This document shows, in pieces, positions 38,725 to 49,206 of a DNA stretch of 64,000 nt. Positions within the stretch are counted from its first letter, which is position 1; each line of letters starts with the position of its first letter. The translations under genes were made by a program, and so were the position numbers. The DNA is taken from contig OZ244202.1 in NCBI GenBank assembly GCA_965216815.1, positions 872,963 to 936,962 on the forward strand. The letters are read 5' to 3'. Under the pieces are notes generated by a model. It was not told where the DNA came from and did not search any database. It saw only the letters and a list, made by a program, of their open reading frames with translations. Source of the stretch: Acidimicrobiales bacterium (GTDB taxonomy: Bacteria; Actinomycetota; Acidimicrobiia; Acidimicrobiales; SHLQ01).

Positions 38725-40467
38725 ATGGGCGCATTGAAACGACGCAAGCTCGACGTGCTGTGGGCAGTCATCGCGGCGCTCGCGATCGGGTTCATCACCG
38801 CTATCGCAGCTGTGGCTGGCGACACCGAGCGCATCGCCACCTACTGGACGCTCGCCGAGATCGACGAGAACGGCGGAGCGCAGCTGACCGAGGTGATCGA
38901 CTACGACTACGGCGTCGAGCAACGCCACGGCATCTTCCGCGACGTCCCTGGTCTCGATGGAAACGACTCGATCGTCGTCGATTCACCGACCGCCCCCGAC
39001 GAGTTCACAGTGAGCCCAGGATTCGAGACCCAGATCCGAATCGGCGACCCCACACGCACGGTGTCCGGTCGGCACCGCTACACCATCGGCTACCCCCTCG
39101 ACAGCCTGCGCGACGGCGACCGAATTTCCTGGAACGCGGTGGGCACCGGTTGGCAGGTCCCGATCTCCCACGCGGTCATCCATCTCATGACACCGTTCGA
39201 TCTGACCGACTTGTCCTGCGACCGTGGGTCGTCTGGGGCAAACGGCGGATGCACGATCGTCGAAGACCGGCCCGGCAGGTTCAGGGTCGACGCGACACAA
39301 CTCGGTAGCCACGAGGGCATCACGGTGTCGGGAACCATCGGAGACCGGTTGCGCGAGCCGGTTCCGCCGCCGGAGATCCCTACCGGCCCCGCCGACGATC
39401 CTGGCTCGGGCGTCATTCGGGCCGCGCTGGTTGCCGCAGCGGCTTCGCTGGTCGGTGGCTTCGCGATCGCTCCGTTCATCCGTCGACGTGGCCGAGAGCT
39501 CGTATACGAAGGAGGAGCGGCCGACGCCGCGTTCGGCGACGACAAGCTCGGCGTGCGCGAGGCCGACTACGAAGAGCTCCACGAGATGGCGACGATCGAG
39601 TTCGCCCCTCCGAAGGACCTCAGCGCGACGCTCGGCGGTGTCGTCTATACCGAATCGGTTCGTCCTCACCACAAGGTCGCTTGGATGGTCGAGGCCGCGA
39701 TCCGCGACGAGGTCGAGCTCACCGAAACCGAAGATCGCAAGCCGAAGATGACGCTGCACAGAGGCGGTGCAGAGCCGAACGTCGAGGTGGCGCAGATCCT
39801 CGACAAGATGTTCGGCGGACGCGACGAGGTCGAGCTGGGCAAGTACGACAAGACGTTCACCAAGGGTTGGCAGAAGCTCGAATCACGCCTCGAGGATTGG
39901 CGCGAGACCAGCGATCTCTGGGACGAGGCAGGTGAACGACGCCGCAAGCGAGCGATCGGCTTCGGTGTGCTCGCATCGATCATCGGCGCGGGACTCGCAG
40001 CCCTCGGCGGTGTGCTCTCCAACCGCTGGAACGAGGCTTGGCTGCCCCTCGTCATACTCGGTGCGTTTCTCGCCGGCGGTGGTGTGGCGACCCTCGTTCG
40101 CTCCTGGGAGCTGGCTGTGCGGAGCCCCCGCGGGAGTGCGCTGTGGATTCAGATCGAGTCCTTTCGGAGGTTCATTCACGACTCCGAGGCGTACCACGCG
40201 CAGCAGGCAGCGGAGCGTGGCTATCTGCGCGAGTACACCGCGTGGGCGGTAGCCCTCGATGAGCTCGATCATTGGAACAAGGCGGTCGATGAAGCCGCCA
40301 AGACGATGGACGTTGCTCCCTACCGCAGTGACTTCGCGTTCGCCGCGGCCGCACCACATTTCGCCAGCGCCACACGCGCCGCGGGCACGAAGCCCTCTAG
40401 CAGCGGTGGCGGGGGTGGCGGTGGCGTCGGCGGCGGGGGCGGCGGCGGGGGCGGCGGCTCCTGGTGA
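38725..40467 (+). CDS. DUF2207-type membrane protein
   Basis: RHGIFR, WNAVGTGW extracellular domain, TMs, Gly-rich GGGGSW tail; start approximate. Confidence 0.82.
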   Translation: MGALKRRKLDVLWAVIAALAIGFITAIAAVAGDTERIATYWTLAEIDENGGAQLTEVIDYDYGVEQRHGIFRDVPGLDGNDSIVVDSPTAPDEFTVSPGFETQIRIGDPTRTVSGRHRYTIGYPLDSLRDGDRISWNAVGTGWQVPISHAVIHLMTPFDLTDLSCDRGSSGANGGCTIVEDRPGRFRVDATQLGSHEGITVSGTIGDRLREPVPPPEIPTGPADDPGSGVIRAALVAAAASLVGGFAIAPFIRRRGRELVYEGGAADAAFGDDKLGVREADYEELHEMATIEFAPPKDLSATLGGVVYTESVRPHHKVAWMVEAAIRDEVELTETEDRKPKMTLHRGGAEPNVEVAQILDKMFGGRDEVELGKYDKTFTKGWQKLESRLEDWRETSDLWDEAGERRRKRAIGFGVLASIIGAGLAALGGVLSNRWNEAWLPLVILGAFLAGGGVATLVRSWELAVRSPRGSALWIQIESFRRFIHDSEAYHAQQAAERGYLREYTAWAVALDELDHWNKAVDEAAKTMDVAPYRSDFAFAAAAPHFASATRAAGTKPSSSGGGGGGGVGGGGGGGGGGSW

Positions 40468-40521
40468 GCCGTTGGGCATCTGCGGTGTCGGAAGCCGCGT
40501 GACTGAAGGCACCAAAGCAGG

Positions 40522-40586
40522 GGTGTCAGGCACCGAGCTCACAACGCAGTTGGACCGAGTTCACTTTGAGCTCGGTGCCTGACACC
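40522..40586. repeat. Perfect 20-bp inverted repeat (REP-like or terminator)
   Basis: ggtgtcaggcaccgagctca / tgagctcggtgcctgacacc with a 25-nt spacer. Confidence 0.85.
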
Positions 40587-40724
40587 GCAGGGGTGTGCTC
40601 GCCCTCGAGCGTGATGGTCAGGCGATCGGCGGCCCTTGGGGCCGCTTGGAGTTTCGGCGAGCCGAAACTCTCTGTTTGCAGGGGTGTGCTCGCCCTCGAG
40701 CGTGACGGTCAGGCGATCTGCGGC
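40587..40724. repeat. 47-bp direct repeat duplicating the SRP RNA 3' end and flank
   Basis: 40587-40633 vs 40678-40724, two mismatches. Confidence 0.85.
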
Positions 40725-40811
40725 ACCCGACGGGTTCCGCTGAGAGCTGCTGCCTCCCGGCCCTGACTCGGTTCACGGGCCGTCGTTGCACAGGACCCGA
40801 CCGCCACACTC
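40698..40811 (-). ncRNA. ffs: Signal recognition particle RNA (4.5S)
   Basis: GTGAACCGAGTCAGGGCCGGGAGGCAGCAGC helix 8 motif; paired terminal stem; tadA/tRNA-Ser/dnaX context. Confidence 0.9.
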
Positions 40812-40906
40812 CAAGGCGAGCGTGCCTACAGGCTAGCGGTACCGCCCGGCGGCCACATCGCGACCGCTACCCTGTCGCAATGATCGCGCGCTCCGGCGCG
40901 CGCTCC

Positions 40907-40991
40907 GGAGAGGTGACCGAGCGGCCGAAGGTGCTGCCTTGGAAAGGCAGTGTGGTGCAAGCCACCGTGGGTTCGAATCCCACCCTCTCCG
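40907..40991 (+). tRNA. tRNA-Ser (anticodon GGA)
   Basis: GGAGAGGTGACCGAGCGG...CTGCC-TTGGAAA-GGCAG...GGTTCGAATCC...CTCTCCG. Confidence 0.96.
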
Positions 40992-41124
40992 CGCCGTTCG
41001 GCCTCCGGCCTCACTAACCGAGTTTCGGCTGCGCCGAAACATCGCCGCCGTTCCTCGCTTCGCTTGTCCCTAACCGAGTTTCGCCTCCGGCGAAACATCG
41101 CCGCCGTTCGGCGTCCGGCCTCAC
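40992..41124 (+). repeat. tRNA-linked tandem repeats (~2.4 units of 54-56 bp)
   Basis: cgccgttc...ctaaccgagtttcg...cgaaacatcgc units. Confidence 0.85.
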
Positions 41125-41139
41125 GCGTAAGCTTGGGCC

Positions 41140-41532
41140 GTGGCGCATCCCCAGATGTTCGACGACGACGATCCCCTGCTCGCTCGTGTACGTGACCTCG
41201 CTGCGACGTTCCCCGGATCGGCCGAGAAGGTCTCACACGGCAGACCGGCGTTCTTCACCAAGAAGGTGTTCGCCTACTACGGCGGCTCCCACAAGGTCGA
41301 CGGCGAATGGGTTCAGCACCCTCAGTCGATAGTCGTGCAACCCGATGGCGACGACCGGCCGGCGCTGGTTCAGGATCCCCGGGTCTACGTTCCCGCCTAC
41401 CTCGGCCCCTCGGGATGGATCGGGCTCGACCTAGCCGACGACGGCGACTGGGACGAGGTAGCCGAGCTGCTCGACGCATCGTTCAGGCTCACTGCGCCTC
41501 GACGCCTGGTCGCTGAGCTCGACGACCTCTAG
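41140..41532 (+). CDS. MmcQ/YjbR family protein
   Basis: EKVSHGRPAF, YVPAYLGPSGWIG, SFRLTAP. Confidence 0.88.
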   Translation: MAHPQMFDDDDPLLARVRDLAATFPGSAEKVSHGRPAFFTKKVFAYYGGSHKVDGEWVQHPQSIVVQPDGDDRPALVQDPRVYVPAYLGPSGWIGLDLADDGDWDEVAELLDASFRLTAPRRLVAELDDL

Positions 41533-41693
41533 GGCCCGCGATGGCGCGCTAGGTCTGCGAGCGTAACGGCCGTACCAGGTGCCGTTGCCGGCTATCGACC
41601 ACTGAAAGTGGCCGTCTAGGGGGATCGTCACTACTATCCACGGTCGAGGGATGTGGGCAGAGGGCGGAGTGCTCCAGTCTGCACATCACGGGG

Positions 41694-42972
41694 TTGGGTA
41701 CAGAACACGCCGAGAGGCCAGGGGATCCACGCTGGGTGCGTTCCGTAGACCACGCACCGCTACCCGACGCCGTGTTTCGCGATTCCAAGCGAGCCTTCAC
41801 GACTCGTCGGGTCCCCATCGATGCTGAGCGAGCGCCCTCGACGCTGATCACCGGTGCCGTGCGACCCCGGCCGGGAGATGTCGTGCTCGCCAAGGTCGTT
41901 CGGCTGGGTCACCACGGTCGACTCGAGTTGACCGATGGTCGGCGTGCGCGAATGAGCCCGGGCGATCAGATCATCGTCGCCTACGGCAACCGTTACGCAC
42001 CCGATCAGTTCGAGGCCGAAATCCCACGCGATCTCGGACCAACCGATCTCGTAGCGTCCGGCGGCGTTGCCGCGACCGTGCTCACCCGCCACGCCTCGAC
42101 CAAGAGAGCCACTCGTATCGCTCCGATCGGGCTGTTGGGAGGCTGCGACGGGTACCCCGCTGAATCTGCTCGACTTCGCCATGCCTCCGTCTCGACGTGG
42201 TCTGCGCCGACCGCCTGTGACCGTCGTCGTTGGGTCGTCGATGAATGCCGGCAAGACGACGACGGTCGGCTCGCTCGTTAAGGGGCTTCGCGCAGCCGGC
42301 GTCGTGCCAGGGGCTGCGAAGGTCACAGGAACCGGATCGGGTGCCGACTTCTGGGTCATGGTCGACGCTGGGGCAGACAGCGTGGTCGACTTCACCGACG
42401 CAGGTCTCGCGTCGACCTACCTCCTGCCTCCCGCGGAAGTGGAGTCGACCTTCGTTCAATTGGTCGACCACCTGACCGAGGTCGGTTCCAGCCACATCGT
42501 CGTCGAGATTGCAGACGGACTGTTCCAGCGCGAAACCGCACATCTTCTGGCTAGCGACGTGTTCTCGTCGACGGTCGATGGTGTGGTGTTTGCGGCCGCC
42601 GACTCTCTCGGTGCGGTGTTCGGCGGGTCGATCCTCCGCAGCCTCGGTCTTCCTTTGCGGGCGGTCTCGGGAGCGCTCACGGCGTCGGATCTCGCAATGC
42701 GCGAGGCGGCCCGTCACCTGGATGTACCGGTGTTGACCAAGGACGAGCTCGCCGAACCCGCCCGAGCGCTCGATCTCGTCTCGGTGGTTCACGATCTGCG
42801 CTTCGCAGGCGCGAAGGATTCGCGCGATAGCGCTATCGGTGACCCCGACACCGGTACAGGCACCGAGAGCGGCAACGGCAACGGCACCGGCGTCGACGTT
42901 GGTGACGTTCACGAGCACTCCGATCAACCAGTGTTGTTGCCTCCACGGGCCAAGACGACCGAAGCCGTCTGA
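41694..42972 (+). CDS. DUF1611-like P-loop protein, frameshifted near 42150
   Basis: N-part (YGNRYAPDQFE) in ORF 41694-42281 and C-part (GSSMNAGKTT, KVTGTG, EIADGLFQRET) in 42067-42972; removing one G from gacgggtacc fuses them. Confidence 0.75.
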
Positions 42973-44672
42973 TGTCGAGCGGCACGCCGCCACACATCGT
43001 GCTTCGACCGCCTGGTCGCGATCTGAGCCTTCTCGTCGCGATCGGCGCGGTTCAGGCGGCGGCGCTCGTTGCGAGCGTGCTGTTGCTGCGTCGCCTCGTC
43101 GACGATCTCACCGATGGATCCGGAACCGCATCCGACGCTCTCGCGGTCGCCTACGTGTTCTGTGCGGTGGGGGTCTTCCGGGCGGTCGCACGCGGGCTCG
43201 AATACACGGTGGCCGAACGCGTCGGCTACCGAATGGTCGCCCGACTACGGATGATTCTGCACGCGCACTTGCTCGACCTGCCCGCCCGGTCTGTAACTCG
43301 TTCATCCCAGGGCGCCGTTCTGTTGCGGTTCACGGGCGACCTCTCGACGTTTCGCACATGGATAAGCCGCGGTCTCTCTCGCGGCGTCATGTCATCGGTA
43401 ACCCTCGTCGGTGGCATCGCGGTGCTGATGGTCATCGATTGGGTCATCGGCTTGGCGGTCGTCGGAGTGTTGCTGACTGCCGCAGCTGGTTCGGCCATTG
43501 GCGGATACCACGTCCGGAGGGCAACTCGCGCGGTGCGCTGGCGCCGATCGTTGCTCACTTCCAACGTCGCTGAGCAGATCCGCAGCCTTGCGGTCGTGCA
43601 AGCATTCGGCCGAGCGGGCGGCGAGTCCGATCGGCTCTCTACGCAGAACGAAGACCTGTTGGGTGCGCTGGGGCGCGCGGCGGATGCGCGCGGACACCTC
43701 CGGTTTCTCGCGGCACTTGCCGGCAATGTCGCGGTCGGGGTCGTCGCGATCGTCGGTGTTCTGGAACTCGACCGGGGGCGGGTAACGATCGGAGGCATCG
43801 TCGCAGCGATGACCGCCGCTCGGTTCCTCACGACGCCGGTGCTCACCCTCGGTCGCTCCCACGAATACTGGCAGGCCGCGCAGGTATCGCGTCGAAAGCT
43901 CGACGACTTCCTCGCACGACCTCCCCGAGTCGTAGACGATCGTTCGTTGCCGCCGCTGCGCGTGCGGCGCGGTGAGATCGAGATACGGGGACTCGAGGTC
44001 GACGGTGCCCTTCACGGCGTCGACCTGTCGGCGTCTCCCGGTGAGATCCTCGCGATCACGGGTCCGAACGGCGCGGGCAAATCGACCTTGTTGTCGGTGC
44101 TGGCAAGGATCGCCACTCCATCCGCCGGGGAGGTGCTCATCGACGGCCAGAACATCGCCCACCATTCAACCCGATCGACGGTGCGAAACGTCGGCATCGT
44201 TAGCCCTGATCTGCCGTTGATGCGCGGCACGATCAGGCGCAACATCACCTACCGGCGTCGCCGCGCATCCGAGGAGATGGTCAACGAGGTCATCGCATCG
44301 TGCCGCCTTGACGAGGTCATCGACTCGCTCGACCAAGGGTTGTCGACCTGGGTAGTCGAAGGCGGAGCAAACCTGTCAGTAGGTCAACGCCAGCGTGTCA
44401 TGCTCGCCCGGGCGATTCTCGGTCGGCCGCGCATTCTCTTGCTCGACGAGCCGGTGGCGAACCTCGACCACGAGACCCGGACGGTGTTCCGCGAGGTCAT
44501 TGCCCGCTACGGCGGAACCGTCGTTTTGGTCACACACGATCCCGACGACCTCGCCATCTCCGACCGGGTCTGCTCGATCGACAACGGCCGTGTCACCGCG
44601 ATCACGCCAGTCGAGCAGATGCCGCTCGAGCTCGATCTCGAACCAGCGCTGCCACGACAGCTCACATGGTGA
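42972..44672 (+). CDS. ABC exporter, fused permease/ATPase
   Basis: LLRFTGDL, GPNGAGKST, LSVGQRQR, LLDEP. Confidence 0.9.
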   Translation: MSSGTPPHIVLRPPGRDLSLLVAIGAVQAAALVASVLLLRRLVDDLTDGSGTASDALAVAYVFCAVGVFRAVARGLEYTVAERVGYRMVARLRMILHAHLLDLPARSVTRSSQGAVLLRFTGDLSTFRTWISRGLSRGVMSSVTLVGGIAVLMVIDWVIGLAVVGVLLTAAAGSAIGGYHVRRATRAVRWRRSLLTSNVAEQIRSLAVVQAFGRAGGESDRLSTQNEDLLGALGRAADARGHLRFLAALAGNVAVGVVAIVGVLELDRGRVTIGGIVAAMTAARFLTTPVLTLGRSHEYWQAAQVSRRKLDDFLARPPRVVDDRSLPPLRVRRGEIEIRGLEVDGALHGVDLSASPGEILAITGPNGAGKSTLLSVLARIATPSAGEVLIDGQNIAHHSTRSTVRNVGIVSPDLPLMRGTIRRNITYRRRRASEEMVNEVIASCRLDEVIDSLDQGLSTWVVEGGANLSVGQRQRVMLARAILGRPRILLLDEPVANLDHETRTVFREVIARYGGTVVLVTHDPDDLAISDRVCSIDNGRVTAITPVEQMPLELDLEPALPRQLTW

Positions 44673-45847
44673 ATCCGACACTCGACCGCGTCCGAGCCCG
44701 AGCGGAACCCTCGACGCGCAAGACCTCGTATGGAAAGGGTAAGCGTGGTCAGCGGGGGCGTCGCAACGCCCGCCGCAACGCCATCGGATTCGCCTGTCTA
44801 GCGCTGGTGGCGTTCGGTGTTGTGGTCGTGGCCGTTCGCAGCACGTCGCCGGCCGGTCCACTCGCAGACGCGCCGACCATCGAGACGCTTGGGCCGGAGG
44901 TCTCGATCACGTGGCTCGGCGACACGCTCCTCGGCGACGAAGCCCAGCCCTATCTCGACAGGCTTGGCTACGGATGGTCGTTCACCTTGCTCGACGAGTT
45001 CGACGGCGACGTGGTCATAGCGAACGCCGAGGCACCCATCACCGCGCGCACCGTGCCATCCGACCCGTCTCAGCGGTGGTCCTACAACGCCGATCCCGCG
45101 AGTGCAGCGGCCCTGGCAGAAGCAGGCATCGATGCGATTTCGCTCGCCAACAACCACACGTTCGACCGGGGAGCCGACGGTCTGCGTGACACGATCGCGC
45201 ATGCTAACGCAGCGGGTATCGAGGTCTTCGGGGGCGGGGAGTCTCGGGCCGAGGCACGGCTGCCACTGGTCGTCGAGTCCAGGCACCAGCGCGTCGCGGT
45301 GGCTGCGTTCTCCGATGCCGGCGTCTCCAACGCTGCCTCGTCACAGCGCCCCGGTATGAGGCGGCTCAGCCTGGACAATCTGCGCGCTGACCTCGACCGC
45401 GCACGTCGTGGTGGGGCCGATCGCGTCGTTGCATTCGTGCACTGGGGCGAGAACTACCAACCCGTCGATGACCGTCAAGAAGAGTGGGCACGGCAGTTTG
45501 CGGTGGCCGGATATGACTTAGTGGTCGGTACTGGTCCCCACATCGCGCAGCCGATCGTGCGGGTCGACGGCATGCCGGTGATCTACTCGCTCGGCAACTT
45601 CGCGTTCGGTACGCCGGGTCGCTTCTCCGGACGGGCACCCGGTGAGGGTCTTGTCGTCACCACAACGCTGTGGCCGGACGGCCGTCTTGAAATCACAGCG
45701 CGCTGCCTCCTCATCGACAACGACCTCGTGCAATTCCGGCCCCGACCGTGTACTCGTTCGCAGAGCCACGCCTTGTTCGTGCGAATCACGCGCAGCATGC
45801 TTGTCTCCGACGGCGTCGCCTCGATGGAGCTGACCCTCGACAACTGA
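44666..45847 (+). CDS. CapA/PgsA family metallophosphoesterase
   Basis: GD, ANAE, LANNH, HWG, GPH, YSLGNF; N-terminal TM. Confidence 0.9.
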   Translation: MVNPTLDRVRARAEPSTRKTSYGKGKRGQRGRRNARRNAIGFACLALVAFGVVVVAVRSTSPAGPLADAPTIETLGPEVSITWLGDTLLGDEAQPYLDRLGYGWSFTLLDEFDGDVVIANAEAPITARTVPSDPSQRWSYNADPASAAALAEAGIDAISLANNHTFDRGADGLRDTIAHANAAGIEVFGGGESRAEARLPLVVESRHQRVAVAAFSDAGVSNAASSQRPGMRRLSLDNLRADLDRARRGGADRVVAFVHWGENYQPVDDRQEEWARQFAVAGYDLVVGTGPHIAQPIVRVDGMPVIYSLGNFAFGTPGRFSGRAPGEGLVVTTTLWPDGRLEITARCLLIDNDLVQFRPRPCTRSQSHALFVRITRSMLVSDGVASMELTLDN

Positions 45848-45881
45848 GTCTTGTGTCAGACCAAGGTTCAGCTGGGCGGTG

Positions 45882-46775
45882 TCAGCCGAACAAGAAGTCG
45901 GCGGCGATCGGTGCCATCGCCGCGTTCGAGTGCCCGACCCCAGGGGCCACCTCGAAGCGCCAGGCGAAATCATGCGACCCGGCCTCCGCGATCGATCGTG
46001 AGGATTCGAAGAACGACAGTCCCCGTTCGAAGCGGTTCGTTCCTTGCGCGTCACTGCCCGCGTCACGGCGAAGTCCCGGGGCATCAGGGTCGTCGTCGTC
46101 CTCACCTACGAGGACTGTCAACGGTGCCGCGAATGCTGCCTCGAGGTCAGCCGGTGGTGCACCGTCGATGCCGTAGGGGAACGCGATGTTCGGATCGGGC
46201 ATGGTGTACCAGCCGGCGTTCGCCGTGACCGCACCCTCGACGTTGCTTGCACCGGTGAACAACACATAGCGGTGAACGAACTGCGCACCCGCTGAATGTC
46301 CGTACAGCAAGAACCCCTCCTCGTCTCGGCCGAGGTCGGCTGCTGCGCGTTCGACGATCCCGTCGATCAGCCCGAACGTCCACTCACCGGGATCAAGTGG
46401 GCCGTCATCGCCGACGAGGTTCCCAAGGTTGTACTCCTCGAACGCGAACTCTTCCTCGGGGAGCTCGGGCACGAGCAGCAGAGCAGCGTTGGCGTCGGCG
46501 GCTTCGGCCCATTCGTCGCGGTAGTCCTGAGCGTTGCGTCGCCGACCTGGCATCACCACGAGGATCGGGGCGTCGTCGATCCCAATGCGCGGCGCCCTGT
46601 ACCAGACGTTCACCGGTCGGTTGGGCATCGGCCCAAACCCGGTCACCTCGAACACACCCTCTCGGTGGTCCGCCTCTATCAGCTGCCGCGGTGGCGCTTC
46701 GTCCGATCCACACGCGGAAACTAAGATCAGGGCGACGACGGCCAACACGATCCGGACCCGACGCGAGTGGCTCAC
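45882..46775 (-). CDS. Lipoprotein alpha/beta hydrolase (esterase)
   Basis: VSAC lipobox, GHSAGAQF, ANAGWY, GVGH; start approximate. Confidence 0.8.
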   Translation of the reverse strand: MSHSRRVRIVLAVVALILVSACGSDEAPPRQLIEADHREGVFEVTGFGPMPNRPVNVWYRAPRIGIDDAPILVVMPGRRRNAQDYRDEWAEAADANAALLLVPELPEEEFAFEEYNLGNLVGDDGPLDPGEWTFGLIDGIVERAAADLGRDEEGFLLYGHSAGAQFVHRYVLFTGASNVEGAVTANAGWYTMPDPNIAFPYGIDGAPPADLEAAFAAPLTVLVGEDDDDPDAPGLRRDAGSDAQGTNRFERGLSFFESSRSIAEAGSHDFAWRFEVAPGVGHSNAAMAPIAADFLFG

Positions 46776-46788
46776 CACGACCCCGATG

Positions 46789-47331
46789 TCAGACGAAGGG
46801 GTCGCGGTCGGCGGTGACGGCGTCAGCGATGAGGGCGGCCACCTCGTCTGGCGAGCGACGCCGTGTGTCGATCCGGCGGTATCGCGAGTAGATTTCGGCA
46901 CGCTTCTCGAGCAGCGCCTCGATGCGCGCCGCAGGATCCGGGTGGTCCAGCAGAGGTCGCTCCGCCGGGTCCTGGCCCACACGGCTGATGATGTCGTCGA
47001 CATCGGCGACCAGACAGAACACCGTTCCGGTGGCTTCGAGGGCGACGCGTGCGCGCTCGTCGAGCATCAGGCCGCCACCCGTGGCGATGACCAGCTCGCT
47101 GCCCGCCGCTAGCTCGCAGGCTACCGATCGCTCTAGTTCTCTGAATGCAGATTCGCCCTCTTCGGCGAAGATCGCCTCTATCGGGCCGTGCCGACTTTCG
47201 ATCATGTCGTCGGAATCGACGAACCCGTAGTCGAGCCGGTCGGCGAGCAGCCGCCCGACCGTGGTCTTGCCGGTGCCCATGAACCCGGTGAGAACGACGT
47301 TCGTGCCGAATTCGCTTCCGTTGCCCTCCAC
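46789..47331 (-). CDS. aroK: Shikimate kinase
   Basis: GFMGTGKTT, FRELE, ATGGG, RPLL. Confidence 0.93.
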   Translation of the reverse strand: MEGNGSEFGTNVVLTGFMGTGKTTVGRLLADRLDYGFVDSDDMIESRHGPIEAIFAEEGESAFRELERSVACELAAGSELVIATGGGLMLDERARVALEATGTVFCLVADVDDIISRVGQDPAERPLLDHPDPAARIEALLEKRAEIYSRYRRIDTRRRSPDEVAALIADAVTADRDPFV

Positions 47332-47406
47332 GTTGCGATCGTACTCGGAGCCCGCGCCGGAGTCGGACGAACGACGGGTGATCGGTTGTCTCCGTAGGCT
47401 TGGACC

Positions 47407-49194
47407 ATGGTCGACGTCGAACGTCGAGTGCGGGCTGCACTGCTGCGATACCCCATGACGTCAGGTCGGCGCTGGCTGCGTTTCGAGCAGCCGGTCGACA
47501 CGATCACCGCATGGCGGCTCAGCGAAGTGTCCGCAGCCGTCGAACGTGCGACCGCCGAAGCCGCACAGGGGCGGTGGGTCGTCGGTTTCGTCTCCTACGA
47601 CGCCGGACCTGCATTCGACGAGGCGCTCGAGAGCCTGCGCGACCCGACGGTGCCACTGGTCGCGTTCGGCGTCTTCGACGACGCGCACCCCTCCCGCGGC
47701 CCAGCCGGTGGACACTACGACCTCGGCGAATGGGACCGATCGCGCAGCCGCGCCGAGTATCTGGAAGACCTCGCTCACATCCGCGATCTCATCGCCTCGG
47801 GCGACACCTACCAGGTCAACCACACGTTCCGGCTCCACGCGGCTTTCGAGGGTGATCCGCTCGGGCTGTTTGCTGCGCTCACTCGAGCACAGCGCGGTGA
47901 ATATATGTCGTTCATCGACCTCGGCGATGCGGCTGCATGCTCGGCGTCACCCGAGCTCTTCTTGCACCGAGAGGGCCGGAGGGTGTTCACACGCCCGATG
48001 AAGGGCACCCGGCCGCGACATCCCGACCCCGCACGCGACGGGCAGCTCGCCGACGAGCTGGTCAGCTCCGCGAAGGACCGGGCGGAGAACACGATGATCG
48101 TAGACATGGTCCGCAACGATCTCGGACGAGTCGCTCGTGTAGGCAGCGTCGAAGTGCCCGACCTCTACACGGTCGAGCACTACCCGACGGTTCACCAGCT
48201 CACCTCCACGGTCGAGGCCGAGCTCGCCGACGTCGACACGGCCGAGCTGTTCGCAGCGACGTTCCCGGCGGCGTCGATAACCGGAGCCCCGAAGGTGCGC
48301 ACCAGTCAGATCATCGCCGAGCTCGAGACCGAGCCAAGGGGCATCTACACGGGCGCCATCGGCGCGATCGAACCCGGCGGCGATTTCGAGTTCAACGTCG
48401 CAATCCGCACGGTGTGGGTCGACACCCGGGCGTCGCGCGCCACCTACGGGGTCGGTGGTGGTGTCGTGTGGGATTCCGACCCGGCCGACGAGTGGGACGA
48501 AGCGCTCGACAAGGCGCGCATCCTCGAACGCTGTCGCGACGAGGTGAAGCTGTTGGAGACGATGCGATACGAACCGGCGGCAGGCGTGATCCTGCTCGAC
48601 AGGCACCTCGCTCGTCTGCGCCGGTCCGCAGAACATTTCGGCTACGACATCGACGTCGACGAGGTCCGTCGGTTCGTCAACGCCACGAAACCCGATGGGG
48701 CTTCGGTCATGCGCCTGGTCGTCGGCGGCGACGGCGCCTGCGACGTTGCGGTCGCGCCGCTTCCGGTGCCGCCATATCAGGCCTGGCGACTGCCGGTAGA
48801 CGACGTGCCGGTCGACCCCGAGGACGAATTCCTGTTCCACAAGACGACCCGCCGGGCACGCTACGACGAGGCCCGCGCCCGGTTCCCCGACGCGCCTGAC
48901 GTCGTCCTGGCAAACGCCGCAGGTGAGCTGACGGAGACCACGATCGGCAATCTCGTGTTCGAGCTCGACGGTAGGTACGTGACGCCGCCTCGCCGATGCG
49001 GCCTGCTGCCGGGGACGTTTCGCGCGGAGCTGCTCGATGCCGGCACGCTCGTCGAGAGCGTCGTCACGGTCGCCGACATCGAACGGGTCCGCGCGATGTG
49101 GATGATCAACTCGGTCCGCGGATGGGTCCCGATCGAGATCGTCGCTCCGGTGCTGCCACGTTTCGCCCCGAACGCCGATCGCCGCGTTCGGTAG
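47407..49194 (+). CDS. pabB: Aminodeoxychorismate synthase component I fused to ADC lyase (aminotransferase class IV)
   Basis: YQVN, SPELF, PMKGT, RNDLGR, SITGAPK; C-terminal FHKTT, GLLPGT. Confidence 0.9.
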   Translation: MVDVERRVRAALLRYPMTSGRRWLRFEQPVDTITAWRLSEVSAAVERATAEAAQGRWVVGFVSYDAGPAFDEALESLRDPTVPLVAFGVFDDAHPSRGPAGGHYDLGEWDRSRSRAEYLEDLAHIRDLIASGDTYQVNHTFRLHAAFEGDPLGLFAALTRAQRGEYMSFIDLGDAAACSASPELFLHREGRRVFTRPMKGTRPRHPDPARDGQLADELVSSAKDRAENTMIVDMVRNDLGRVARVGSVEVPDLYTVEHYPTVHQLTSTVEAELADVDTAELFAATFPAASITGAPKVRTSQIIAELETEPRGIYTGAIGAIEPGGDFEFNVAIRTVWVDTRASRATYGVGGGVVWDSDPADEWDEALDKARILERCRDEVKLLETMRYEPAAGVILLDRHLARLRRSAEHFGYDIDVDEVRRFVNATKPDGASVMRLVVGGDGACDVAVAPLPVPPYQAWRLPVDDVPVDPEDEFLFHKTTRRARYDEARARFPDAPDVVLANAAGELTETTIGNLVFELDGRYVTPPRRCGLLPGTFRAELLDAGTLVESVVTVADIERVRAMWMINSVRGWVPIEIVAPVLPRFAPNADRRVR

Positions 49195-49206
49195 GCTCGG
49201 CGTCGC

